DNA of 64,000 nucleotides from Macrostomum hystrix. Its lineage: Eukaryota; Animalia; Platyhelminthes. Made by a program: the position numbers and the translations under genes. Of the stretch, positions 24,278 to 37,700 are shown piece after piece. Under the pieces are notes generated by a model that ran no database searches, had not been told where the DNA came from, and worked only from the letters and a program-made list of their open reading frames with translations. Where the stretch lies: NCBI GenBank assembly GCA_950097015.1, contig CATNEN010000003.1, positions 5,766,001 through 5,830,000 of the forward strand, given 5' to 3'. Each line of letters opens with the position of its first letter. The stretch's first letter is position 1.

Positions 24278-27049
24278 GTGTTAGCGGTGTCGCAAAATAT
24301 TCTTTCACTTGAGTTTAGGCTTATATAACTAGTCTAGAGTGTCACGGTGGTGAATTTAAATGACTCATTGTAAATGACCTGTAAGGCTTAGAATGAGTCG
24401 TCAGTAGGGACAAAGACCAGTTTTCACATTGTGCAGTGCAGAACACGCGTATGAGAACTGCTTTTATTGTCGCTTGAAATGGGAAATGAGGAGGCTGCGT
24501 TTGGACAAAGATCCGTGGTTAGAAGTTGAGGATTTCGTTCTCTATGAGAGGGGGTTACAATGTGAAACAATCTCCTGAATTCAGCAGTGGGAAGTGGGAT
24601 AAACTTCTAATTTAAAACAGGAAGGAGTCAGGAAGCTCTATTTTGTTGGTCTCCGATCTTTATTTTCTGTTACTTCTACTTCTCTCTATTCGTATTAGTT
24701 CTGCACGGGTGTCTTCAATCAGGTCTGTCCTATTTGGCTCCAATAATACGTATTCTTACTTGCTTCTTTCTTTTTCTACTTTCACCCGCTCCCTGGTCGG
24801 CCTATCGGGTCCTACCGTCTGGGGTGGGTTGCAGCTTCGTTTGGGGGTTCCGAAACACAGCTATGGCAGCCAAAATAAAGCAGAAAAAAAGATTTGACGA
24901 AGCTATAGACAGGCTTTCTGACGAAGCGGGAGGCAGGGCAGAAGGGGTAGGGGGCAGAGGGGCAGAGGGGCAGGGGCAGAGGATAGGGAGGATTGGGGCG
25001 AGCGGTCTGGTTGGCTGTCTGGCTTCGGAGGACGGCAAGCCATAGACACGGGGTCGGATGGGGCAGGGCAAAAATGGAATCAAGTCCAATTCAACGGGTG
25101 TGCATTGGGGTCCCTCCACGCAAATGTGTTCATATATGAATGCTATTACCCAAAGCTACACACTATACCTCGTATTGCACGTCCTGTCTCCACCATCCCT
25201 TCCCTCCGCTCGGTCCTCGATCAGGCAGCACTGAAGAGAAAACTATTAGAAGACTCGTTTGCGGCAGGCACAGTAGACTCGACCCCCCAACCTCCCGACA
25301 TCCCGTTGCGGAAAACGGAATCCCAACTTATATAAATGGGTGCCTGCGTTGTCTCGATACCGCTTTCCATCCCTCTCCTGTCCTCTCTCCTCTCCTCTCT
25401 TTGCCTCCAACTAGATCCGAGCGCTTACCCCGTGGGTAGCCACTTCACTCCTATTTCCTCTAATTTCTCATGCTGCTGCTGCTGTTGCTGGATGATGCAG
25501 TTTCCACTAGCATAGAATGTAAGGGAGGGATAATGAGGAGGCTGCAGTGTGTGCAATTCGTGTGCATGGAACATTTCTTCCTATATTATGAAAATGTGCG
25601 TACGTTCATATAGTTGCGAGCGTATCAAGACAGGGCCACATGCAGTTTCAGTTAGCGATTTCGTCCGAGGCGGTAAATGGGGATCTTGAAGGTCGTTTGC
25701 TGCGAGGCGCCTGTGTGGATTTATCGTTTTTGCGGATCAGAGGAAACGACTTTAAGGCTTTACAGATAGGCATAGGGGATTTTAGACTTTAGAAGGCCGC
25801 TATATAGGGGCTAGAAAACTAGTAACATTTTATAGCGATACGAGCTTGATAAATTCTTCATCCTAGGGATTACAAACGGTTGACGCAATTCCCACAGAAG
25901 TAACCCGTCGATTATTCAACAGGATGCTGAAATATTGTTTGTAGTCTTTGTTAGTCCTTAGTTTTTTGCTGAGGCACGATATTTTGCAACAATTCTATTG
26001 ATATCGAAGCAGCAAAGTTGTGTGTAAAACATATTTAAGCAATTTAAAACCAGGGACAGGAAGAATTATGTTTCCTGATTTTTAGCATGACGAGAAAGCA
26101 TCCACGTATACGAAAGCATATACGAGTATTACTATACAATTAAGTATGCAATCCATATGTAGTAATGCAGGCGAAATTCAACTATAATGATTTTTTCTGC
26201 CCTTTAAGAAAAATTTGCTTTTTCAGAATAATCGATCTTCACAAGAGCAAAATATAACGAAGATAGACAAATAGACACATTAATAAGTATATGATCATAT
26301 TCATCTTCTAAAATAGATCCTTCATTAATTTAATTAAATCTTCTAGCCTTCTATTTGCGAGGCTTTTAGAATTACTTTAAGGCCTAATTATTATATTTCA
26401 TGTGAGTCAGAGCATTAAATGCGGTTATAATTTATAAAAAGTATTTTCTATAGTCAAGAAATGAGATCAATCTTTAGTCAAGTACCACGTATTTAAACCC
26501 AACTTTGACTTCATTTTAGTCAAAGTGAATTTTATTTAGCATGATTGCGGCAGTTGCATGAATTCGCAGAGTAACTATCTCTGAGCCGGACCGCGGCGAA
26601 GACTCATCGACGCCGTTATTGGCAATGCCGATTAGCAGCAACTAAGCGGGACAGTTAAACATCCAACGTCAATTTGGATGTTTATTATAGAAATTTTATT
26701 GTTAAATACGAACAAAGTGGGCGCCTTCAGGCCTCGAGCCGAGTGGAAATAAGCTCATTTCTTACTATAGTCTACGGTAAACACGCAGACAGACGTCTAT
26801 TTTTTAGTTAAAATACACAGTACATATTGCAAGAAGTCCTCCTATTCATGTATATTAGTATGAATAATCTTTATGTTTTATTTCTAAAAACATCTGTGGA
26901 ATTTGTAAATATATAATGTAAAAAGAGCAACGGCACGATAATTTGAGTAGTTGTCGTTACTTTACGCGTAAAGAGTCACAGCAGCAGCAGCTGATTCTTT
27001 TAAACTTTAAATATCTTACACTTTTTCGTGAACGTGCACACCAGCTGTG

Positions 27050-27209
27050 CAGCTGCAGCTAGGAATTTTCGATGGGGGGATAAGTAAAAAATAATAAACG
27101 AACAAAAAATGGACTGTATTTTAATAGTAATACCCCTCTGTCAACTCTCCCGCAATTTTTCTGCCGCTTGGGGGGATATATCCCCGTATCCCACTCTAGC
27201 TACGCCACT
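27050..27209. mobile_element. Possible short MITE remnant
   Basis: Left GCAGCTAGGAATTTT...GGGGGG and right CCCACTCTAGCTACGCCACT resemble common invertebrate MITE termini. The left end is degenerate and no TSD was confirmed. Confidence 0.4.
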
Positions 27210-27871
27210 CAGTGATCATATGCCACTGGTGCATACAATAGAGAGAGATCTAATTCATCCATTAAATAAACCATGGCAAAATATTTTTTCAATAATAGGA
27301 TATACATATATATAGATAGTTTTGAATTTTAGTATAGGAATTTATAGAAGTAGTACTTATACAGTAAAAATCACAGACTTCACATATAGAATTGTATTTA
27401 AGTTTGCACCATATTGCCATGATTTATTTGATGTCCACTTGTCCTGGTCGCAGCTGTAGCACTAGCTCTAGTGGATATTTTAAGCGCTTAATTTAATTGT
27501 TTAATTAAATTGAATAAATGTCTTTGATAACTGTGCAGCTGATTAATAAAGTGCAGATTTTCTTATTTCATTTTGTAAAATCGATCAATAATTTTTGAAA
27601 CCTCTTACTAATGCATTAAAATATCAACAAGCAAATTTAGTGTATTGAATTGTATATATCTCATGCACATTGCCTGGTAAATATAATGTTCAGTTTTTGC
27701 AGCAGACTTCTTGCAATTAACAATACATTTTATGCTTGAAACTAATGCAGGGATAAATAAACAAATATTAATAGGTCCATTCTAATATATAAGTCAATTC
27801 AATAAACTCATTGACATTTCAGATAAGTATCCTCTCAGTAAAAAATATTATTTGTTATTTCAGGAACAGAA

Positions 27872-30800
27872 ATGCAAGTTGATCAGAATCTACTAGTTGA
27901 AAGTGATCGTATTATATCATCATATCCACTGGTAAGCAGAAATTTATTCACTGTTTGTAAACGTCATTTTTTAATTGTTTATAAAAAACCTACTTTGCAT
28001 TTCAGCCCCACCTTGCTGAGTTCACTCCATTCAAGGATATTGACTTTCACCCAGCTGTAAAATCCATTTGTTCTTCAAAGCGTGGCTCTACAGCCAGGCA
28101 AGTATCATATAAGTGTTGCATCTAAAGTTTGTAAAATATACATGATGCTAAATGCCTTAAAAAGATATTACCAGTTGGAAGACCACACAATTTCCCCCCT
28201 GGGGAGAAAAATCCCAGGGTATTTCAAATACCCACTGCCTAATTGACGATAGCTCCCAAGCTATTTTGACTGATTTTTGTGAAAGTCCAGCACCTGAATA
28301 GAAACTTTCTGTACTTTATAATGAAGAAACTTTTAAAGCCATCCGACTCAGCACCATCGAGACATTCAGTCAAAATTTGTTGTAGGAGGCCCTGGTGACA
28401 AGGACATTGCTCTGCATAAACCTCTATGGCAAATCCATATTTGTTAAAAAATGGGAAAAGTGACATTTTTATCAATCCAAAGTAGTCAAAATGATTGTCA
28501 GCATGATTACATGATGGAATTTTGTGGGCAGAATTTTTTGCTGAAGTTAATTTTTCTTGCCACCTGACACTCGAGGAAAATCGTTGAAAATCTTGACGAT
28601 GCCAGTGTTTTGTGATTCTGGAAGTTTTTTCATCGATTAGTTGAATATTTTTGGAGATTCAGAATAAACTGAAAAATGGAGGCAGTCTTTCTATTGTTGA
28701 ATAAAGTTACGTATAATATTGACATATACTTAGTTAGAACTGTATTTATAACCCTATATGCCATTAATAATTATTAATAATCACTTTTTAAAACATGTGT
28801 TGAATTGCTTTATAATTCATAATCATAAAACAAAACACAGCTTCAAAACCTGCAAATGTGTCGTGGTTGGCGAGGTTGCAGTCGGCAAAACGTCGCTAGT
28901 CAATCGGTTCTGTCACAAAACTTTCCAACGCGACTACAAAGCTACAATTGGTGTCGACTTTGAGGTGGAAAAATTGGCAGTCCTTGGTGTGCCTTTTCGT
29001 CTCCAAATGTAAGCGGAGAAAAATAAATTATTGATTTGCGATTGACTTTGATAACAAAGTGGCATATGCATAGCTCTAAGAATGTTATATAACTGATTCT
29101 CTATTGTCGAACTGACGTAGAAACGTACGTTGAGACTTGTCACTGCCAGGCAGTGTACACTGTCACCGAGCCCTGGGGGGAGTTGGTCCACATAGGAGGA
29201 AATCGCAACACAAGCCCAAAGATTCTTGTCCATGGATATTGGTCAGTCTGACAGACGGACGTGTTGGGGTTTGAGTGGCAGAGCCTTTGCCTCTCGCACC
29301 AATGGAAGGTTCATAGCCAAATTTTTGGCAATGTCCCTGAGCTCGATTCCGCTGCGAGGCCACATTTATTTGGGGCGCATCAGCGGAGAGAAGGATTGGG
29401 GGCTTGTCGTGCAATTCACGACCTTGAGGGCCAACCTCCAAGGCACAGTGAGAGTGTACACTGTCTGACGATGAGAAAGTCAGGGCAGATGTACACACCT
29501 TTGTGAGCGAGTGCCTGCGTACAGTATCTGTGTGTACGGCAGAATCACCTCCTCGCTGGCTGCGGGTCTATAGTGTTACCAAATGATGTGCCATTGCCCG
29601 CAGCCGTGCAATTATTATTATTATAATTAACGGACGCGTTACCTCACCACTTCCCAACCAAGGACATGCAAAGAAGAAATTAGCTACTATTTCTCGACAG
29701 ATTGTAGAGTTTTTTCAACTTTTTTTATATTCCAAAGCCTTAATTATTTACTGTTTTTCCTCTGGCACAACCAACCATCTTCCAGTTGGGACACAGCCGG
29801 TCAGGAGCGTTTCAGAAGCATTGGCTCGGCCTACTACCGCGGCGCCCACGCTGTCATTGCCGCATTCGACTTGTCAGACCCGGCCACACTGGAGCGAGCG
29901 GTCCAGTGGACTGAGGACGCTTGTCAGAGCGTCTCGGAGTCGTCATCGGCCGCATCTCCTGCCAGATTTCTGGTGGGCACCAAACGAGACGCAATCGGCG
30001 ACACCAAGTATCGCACAGCCGTGGCTTCGGCTTCGGCAGTGGCCGCTCGACTTGGCGCAGAGTTCTGGCCAACCAGCGCGCTAACTGGCGATGCGGTTAG
30101 CGAACTGTTTCTTCGTGTAGCCACGATGGCATTTCAGGTTGCCGTGCTGCGTGACTCCGCTCAGGCCGGTGCGTCTGCGACATCCTCTGCGGCCACTGGC
30201 GGCGGAGGAGCTGACAGTCGAAGTGGCGGTCAGAGATTGGCGACTGCGGCCGATACTATCCGTAAGTGGACAGCTGCAGCTGAAGGACTTTTAGGACTTC
30301 CGATTTTAGTTCAGAAGGTTAAGCTTCCATAGCTTGAAGGGTTATGGGGTTGATGACTGAAGGGTTATGGGGTTGATGACTGAAGGGTTATGGGGTTGAT
30401 GACTGAAGGGTTATGGGGTTGATGACTGAAGGGTTATGGGGTTGATGACTGAAGGGTTATGGGGTTGATGAGTGAAGGGTTATGGGGTTGATGACTGAAG
30501 GGTTATGGGGTTGATGACTGAAGGGTTATGGGGTTGATGAGTGAAGGGTTATGGGGTTGATGAGTGAAAGGTTATGGGGTTGATGAGTGAAAGGTTATGG
30601 GGTTGATGAGTGAAAGGTTATGGGGTTGATGAGTGAAGGGTTATGGGGTTGATGACTGAAGGGTTATGGGGTTGATGACTGAAGGGTTATGGGTTTGATG
30701 AGTGAAGGGTTATGGGGTTGATGAGTGAAGGGTTATGGGTTTGATGAGTGAAGGGTTATGGGGTTGATGACTGAAGGGTTATGGGGTTGATGACTGAAGG

Positions 30801-31513
30801 GTTATGGGTTTGATGAGTGAAGGGTTATGGGGTTGATGACTGAAGGGTTATGGGGTTGATGAGTGAAAGGTTATGGGGTTGATGAGTGAAAGGTTATGGG
30901 GTTGATGAGTGAAAGGTTATGGGGTTGATGAGTGAAGGGTTATGGGTTTGATGAGTGAAGGGTTATGGGGTTGATGACTGAAGGGTTATGGGGTTGATGA
31001 GTGAAAGGTTATGGGGTTGATGAGTGAAAGGTTATGGGGTTGATGAGTGAAAGGTTATGGGGTTGATGAGTGAAAGGTTATGGGGTTGATGAGTGAAAGG
31101 TTATGGGGTTGATGAGTGAAAGGTTATGGGGTTGATGAGTGAAAGGTTATGGGGTTGATGAGTGAAAGGTTATGGGGTTGATGAGTGAAAGGTTATGGGG
31201 TTGATGAGTGAAAGGTTATGGGGTTGATGAGTGAAAGGTTATGGGGTTGATGAGTGAAAGGTTATGGGGTTGATGAGTGAAAGGTTATGGGGTTGATGAG
31301 TGAAAGGTTATGAGCTTGCGGTAAATATTTTCAAGATTGTGGACTGTATCTACACGTCTATATGACTCTTTATCAAAGAATTTTATTTAAAGTACTGATT
31401 AATAATTTGAAGCTCCTATGAAACACAATAATTGCCCTTTAATTTCAGAGATTGGATCAGCCCATGCGCGTGGTCGAGCTGACAAAAAAGTCAATCTTGG
31501 TTGTTGCAATTGA
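27872..31513 (+). CDS. Rab34/Rab36-subfamily small GTPase; exons 27872-27931, 28006-28097, 28841-29008, 29786-30261, 31449-31513
   Basis: N-terminal extension 'DRII...DFHPAV'. G1 'GEVAVGKT', switch I 'YKATIGVDFEVE', G3 'WDTAGQERF', G4 'GTKRD', G5 'TSALTG', C-terminal prenylation motif 'GCCN*'. Splice phases are consistent. Confidence 0.92.
29160..29610 (+). repeat. Dispersed repeat family, copy 1 (intronic)
   Basis: Shares GGGGCTTGTCGTGCAATT...AAGGCACAGTGAGAGTGTACACTG...GATGTACAC...CCTCCTCGCTGGCTGC with 32075-32330 and (inverted) 32730-33025. Confidence 0.85.
30336..31312. repeat. 23-bp G-rich minisatellite (GAAGGGTTATGGGGTTGATGACT)n in the last Rab intron
   Basis: Visible tandem array. Confidence 0.97.
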
Positions 31514-32073
31514 TCAAACTGATTAAGCGGAATAATATTCATTTCATTTATGAGCTGTTTAACACGGTTCCATCAAAGTGTAATAATTTGCTCATTGGAA
31601 TTATATAGAAAGATATAGAATTTCTCACTAGTCGCATTGTAGTTCTAATGCTCTGTCGTTTACTGACGATGTTTAAACTGTGAAAACATCATACATTCTA
31701 ACATGTGCTTTACTACTGAAACAGTAGCCGCTGAAGCAACTGAAAACTGTAAAAAATCTACTCCTACATTCAAAGATTTTCTTGGTTCCTTTTTTCACTA
31801 AGTATTTGTTCTTAGCTTATTTTTGGTGATCATTTTCTATGTTACAAAACTATTTTGTTTTATTTCCGTCCGAAAAAGTTTTACAAATTTTGTTCATTTG
31901 GTTTGACTTCAAATTTAACAGAATATACAGGACACGCAATTTGGCTAGTAGTGTTTTGAAAATTAATTTCGATATTAATAATAATTATTATTATCGACTC
32001 AAAGTAGATTTCTCTTCCCTTCAACAAGTATATATGAACTCAATCCTCACTGTTCGTCTCTTACACAAATGTA

Positions 32074-32330
32074 CCTGAGCTCGATTGATTCACAGCCGAG
32101 GAGAGAAGGCTCGGGGCTTGTCGTGCAATTTACGCCTTTGAACGCCAACCTCTAACAAGGCACAGTGAGAGTGTACACTGAAAGTCAGTGCAGAGATGTA
32201 CACCTCTGTGTGAGTGTGTGCCTGCGTACTGTATCTGTGTGAGTGTGTGCTCAGGAGTCAGCGAAGTGGGCAGAATTACCTCCTCGCTGGCTGCCGGTCA
32301 AGTGTCACCAAATGACGTACGAGTGCCCAC
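32074..32330 (+). repeat. Dispersed repeat family, copy 2
   Basis: Similarity to 29336-29600. Confidence 0.85.
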
Positions 32331-32727
32331 AACGCTTCTGCAAATAATAAATACTTGTTCTCTTATTATTAGAAAATTATTAATTATTAAATAGGGCTTA
32401 GAAAACTCCCGTTAAATGTGATTCACCCAGCCACGGAAGCAGATCGGGACATTAGATAAAAGCGTTAATTGGTCATTTGGCGAGACTGACAAAACCAGGC
32501 AGCGACGGCTTTTGTGTTTAGTGCTGGGCGCTGGCATGCTGCTTCTGTCTATTTGGCACTCTATCTTCTATTCATAGGAAATGCAACGAGATTAACGATA
32601 GATTAGCGATTGGGGCGAGCGACACTGAAGGAGAGACACTGATTTGCACTTTTCGGTTCAGAACATTTACCGCGAGAACTTTTACATGAGGCTCTCAGGC
32701 ATTTGCATTTTAATCTATCTATCTTTT

Positions 32728-33025
32728 GCACATCATTTGATGACACTAGACCCGCAGCCAGCGAGGAGGCAATTGTGCCCATTTCGCTGACTCCTGAGCA
32801 CACACTCACACAGATACCGTATACAGGCATACGCTCACGCAGGGTGTGTACATCTGCCCTGACTTTCTCATCATCAGGCAGTACACTCACTGTGCCTTGG
32901 AGGTTCGCTCTAAAGGGGGCGTAAATTGCACGACAAGCCCCAAGCCTTCTCTCCGCTGCTGCGGCCCCAAATAAATGTGGCCTCGCCGCGGAATCGAGTT
33001 CAGGGATCTTGGTGCGAGAGGCAAA
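32728..33025 (-). repeat. Dispersed repeat family, copy 3 (inverted)
   Basis: Reverse complement matches copies 1 and 2 (e.g. AATTGCACGACAAGCCCC, CACTCACTGTGCCTTGGAGGTT). Confidence 0.85.
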
Positions 33026-34777
33026 CAGTTTTCAATAGCTGCTTAATAGCCGTTTTCAATGTCCAATATTGTTTTTATTCCTCGGATAAAAATTTATTGC
33101 GTTTAATCCTGCATCAGAAATGTATGAACGAAGATTGATAGTTGTGATGACTATCGATTTCTCTTGGAATTATATGCTGCTTACTCGGGATGATATTCTA
33201 ATAATCAATAAGCTTTGAGAATTTCCTGTGTGGTGCCTGAAATGTGTCAGCATTGATTTTGGAAACATTTTTGCAAAACCCCGTTAAAAATCGCAAATGG
33301 TTTAATGGATGCATTATCTAGCTACACCCCCTCGTATTTGTTAATCTCGACGCACAAAACTCAGACTGAGCCTCATTGGTCAGTTAGACTGGCTAATTCG
33401 AACATAAGAAAATGTAAATAAATTTCTGTTATAAAGCAGTAATTATTTAAGGCCGTGGAAGACAACCAGAAAGAATTTGGAAGATCGGACAAAACAATTT
33501 TGCTTTGAAGCACATCATTCGGACGCTCAAAGGTTTGTAAAGCTGCTCTCTGACTTTCTTGGTTGTCATTGGCAAAAATTGCTTGACAATCCAACAAACT
33601 TTCTCACCAGTATAATGTGGTACCAACCGGAATTGCGCTTAGGGGCTTCAGTGCCAAGTTCCTGAAAATTATAATCAGTTTTTGCCTGCAATAACATTCT
33701 TCCCTGAAACCGTCACTATAGCAATAGCTAGACTGAGACCCATTCACACAGGCAAGGAAAACTTAATTGATTAAAAACCTAGCTCACGCAGTATAAGAAA
33801 AAATACACGACAGCTCCCTTGGAGGTTCCGGGACAACTATTCTCCACTGTGGCACGACTTAGAACTGGACTAGCCAAAGCTAAACAGTTGTTCTGTTGCC
33901 CAGGTCTCCCACGCCAACACACACGCGCACAGGGAGCAATGCCCCTCGCAACTCATCAATATTTAATTATCAAGGTGGACTCAAGGTGCGGTTTCTTCTC
34001 CTGAGCATTGGTCCCATTGGGGAACAGCAATTACACTAAACTTGCAATATGACACCCCTGGATATATACCAAACCAAATGAGGCGAAATGACACCAAATT
34101 TTTATGACACCAAAAACCACAAATCGCGGATATATACCAGTGCAATGTGACAACCCACGCACAAGCCAATTTCCACGGCCCAATTCACATCTCCTATTTC
34201 ATCTCCTCTTCAAAATTTAGTTTAGCGATGCTTAGCTGCCTACTGAGAGCAAATCGAACAAAGACCACTAGAGTGCTCATTCCAGTTTGCCAGAAGAAAA
34301 AAGAAACTACATTCAGAGAAGCACAATCTGATTCAGTCCAAAGTCTAGTGCCACATAGCCATTTTCATAGTAATATTTTGCTGCCGTTCTAATAGAGTAA
34401 TAGTACCATCTATAAGATTCTAAGTCTAAGAGGGCGCAAAATAGCAACTTAACTTTTCATAGACTATTCAAAAGCGATATAAAAGGAGGATCATTCACTC
34501 TCAAGCGCCGTGCAGGAATGAATCCTTTCAACTTTACTCATCTGACTCTTCTTCTCACTCCTCAACATGATCGACAGGCCAGAAACACTTTTTCTGGAAC
34601 AGAAAGACACATGCGTCATGCGCAGGTCTATAAGTTCTTCCATGACCTAAAGCAATGACCTCAAAAATGAGTCCGCTGCTCGTCACCACCACTTCACTAA
34701 TAAAGCCGCTGTGGTGCATATGCCGATGATGATGTGCTGATTGATGCTTGGCGCCGGGCAGACTAGACAGGAGAGAG

Positions 34778-37700
34778 TGAAATGACCCTAGCTACATGAT
34801 ACACGAGCTTCTATGGGAAAAGGTTAAAATGACACCCCATGAACATTGGATATATGGAACTGGTGAAATGACACCACATTTTCTATTGAGATAATAGACG
34901 GTGAAATGACACCCCATTTTCCATTGACCTAATAGACAGTGAAATGACCTTAGCTACCTGATACACGAGCTTCTATGGGAAAAGGTTAAAATGACACCCC
35001 ATGAACATTGGATATACGGAACTGGTGAAATGACACCCCATTTTCCATTGAGCTAATAGACAGTGAAATGACACCACATTTTCTATTGAGCTAATAGACA
35101 GTGAAATGACACCCCATTTTCCATTGAGCTAATAGACAGTGAAATGACCTTAGCTACCTGATACACGAGCTTCTATGGGAAAAGGTTAAAATGACACCCC
35201 ATGAACATTGGATATACGGAACTGGTGAAATGACACCCTTCCCTTCCTTTCAGTTAGTGGAGAGATGAGGTCGGTCTCAATGGATTAGATAAGGCTGTCT
35301 CCAGAGATTAGATGAGGCTGTCGCAATGGATTAGATGAGGCTGTCGCAATGAATTAGATGAGGCTGTCTCCAGAGATTAGATGAGGCTGTCTCAATGGAT
35401 TAGATAGGCTGTCGCAATGGATTAGATGAGGCTGTCTCCAGAGATTAGATGAGGCTGTCGCAATGGATTAGATGAGGCTGTCTCAATGGATTAGATGAGG
35501 CTGTCTCCAGAGATTAGATGAGGCTGTCGCAATGGATTAGATGAGGCTGTCGCAATGGATTAGATGAGGCTGTCTCCAGAGATTAGATGAGGCTGTCTCC
35601 AGAGATTAGATGAGGCTGTCTCCAGAGATTAGATGAGGGTGTCTCAATGGATTATATGAGGCTGTCGCAATGGATTAGATGAGGCTGTCTCAGTAGATTA
35701 GATGAGGCTGTCTCCAGAGATTAGATGAGGCTGTCTCAATGGATTAAATGAGTCTGTCTCAATGGATTTAATAAGGCTGTCTAAATGGATTAGATGAGGC
35801 TGTCTCAATGGATTAGATGAGGCTGTCTCAATGGATTAGATGAGGCTGTCGCAATGGATTAGATGAGGCTGTCTCAATGGATTTATTAAGGCTGTCTAAA
35901 TGGATTAGATGAGGCTGTCTCAATGGATTAGATGAGGCTGTCTCAATGGATTAGATGAGGCTGTCGCAATGGATTAGATGAGGCTGTCTCGATGGATTAG
36001 ATGAGGCTGTCTCAATGGATTAGATGAGGCTGTCTCAATGGATTAGATGAGGCTGTCTCAATGGATTAGATGAGGCTGTCTCAATGGATTAGATGAGGCT
36101 GTCTAAATGGATTAGATGAGAAATATAAAATGCGAGAGTAGAATGACGGCAAAAGAGAATAGAATAATGGAGGAAAGAGAATGTTAGAGAGGTGGTTTGA
36201 AAAAGCACCCAGCTACCTGATACACGAGCTTCAATGGGAAAAGGTTAAAATGACACGCCATGAACATTGGATAAATGAAACTGGTGAAATGACACCACAT
36301 TTTCTATTGAGCTAATAGACAGTGAAATGACACCCCATTTTCCATTGAGCTAATAGACAGTGAAATGACCTTAGCTACCTGATACACAAGCTTCAATGGG
36401 GAAAGGTTAAAATGACACCCCATGAACATTGGATATACGGAACTGGTGAAATGGCACCACATTTTCTATTGAGCTAATAGACAGTGAAATGACACCCCAT
36501 TTTCCATTGAGCTAATAGACAGTGAAATGACCTTAGCTACCTGATACACGAGCTTCTATGGGAAAAGGTTAAAATGACACCCCATGAACATTGGATATAC
36601 GGAACTGGTGAAATGACACCCTTCCCTTCCTTTCAGTTAGTGGAGAGATGAGGTCGGTCTCAATGGATTAGATGAGGCCGTCTCCAGAGATTAGATGAGG
36701 CTGTCGCAATGGATTAGATAAGGCTGTCTCAACGGATTAGATGAGGCTGTCTCTAGAGATAAGATGAGGCTGTTGCAATGGACTTGATAAGGCTGTCTCA
36801 ATGGTTTAGATGAGGCTGTCGCAATGGATTAGATGATGCTGTCTCCAGAGATTAGATGAGGCTGTTGCAATGGACTTGATAAGGCTGTCTCAATGGTTTA
36901 GATGAGGCTGTCGCAATGGATTAGATGAGGCTGTCTCCAGAGATTAGATGAGGCTGTTGCAATGGATTAGATGAGGCTGTCTCAATGGATTAGATGAGGC
37001 TGTCTCAATAGATTAGATGAGGCTGTCTCAATGGATTAGATGAGGCTGTCTCCAGAGATTAGATGAGGCTGTTGCAATGGACTTGATAAGGCTGTCTCAA
37101 TGGTTTAGATGAGGCTGTCGCAATGGATTAGATGAGGCTGTCTCCAGAGATTAGATGAGGCTGTTGCAATGGATTAGATGAGGCTGTCTCAATGGATTAG
37201 ATGAGGCTGTCTCAATAGATTAGATGAGGCTGTCGCAATGGATTAGATGAGGCTGTCTCAATCGATTAGATGAGGCTGTCTCAATGGATTAGATGAGGCT
37301 GTCTCTAGAGATTAGATGAGGCTGTCTCAATGGATTAGATGAGGCTGTCTCAATGGATTAGATTAGGCTGTCTCAATGGATTAGATGAGGCTGTCTCCAG
37401 GGATTAGATGAGGCTGTCGCAATGGATTAGATGAGGCTGTTTCAATGGATTAGATGAGGCTGTCTCAATGGATTAGATGAGGCTGTCTCAATCGATTAGA
37501 TGAGGCTGTCTCAATGGATTAGATGAGGCTGTCTCTAGAGATTAGATGAGGCTGTCTCAATGGATTAGATGAGGCTGTCTCAATGGATTAGATGAGGCTG
37601 TCGCAATGGATTAGATGAGGCTGTCTCAATGGATTAGATGAGGCTGTCTCCAGAGATTAGATGAGGCTGTCTCAATGGATTAGATGAGGCTGTCTCCAGA

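Noticed and set aside
24643-25439. Cluster of short ORFs upstream of the cyclase
   Set aside because: No recognisable domain or consistent splice structure. Probably UTR, promoter or TE-derived sequence.
30336-31312. Interstitial telomeric repeat
   Set aside because: The unit is 23 bp and lacks TTAGGG.
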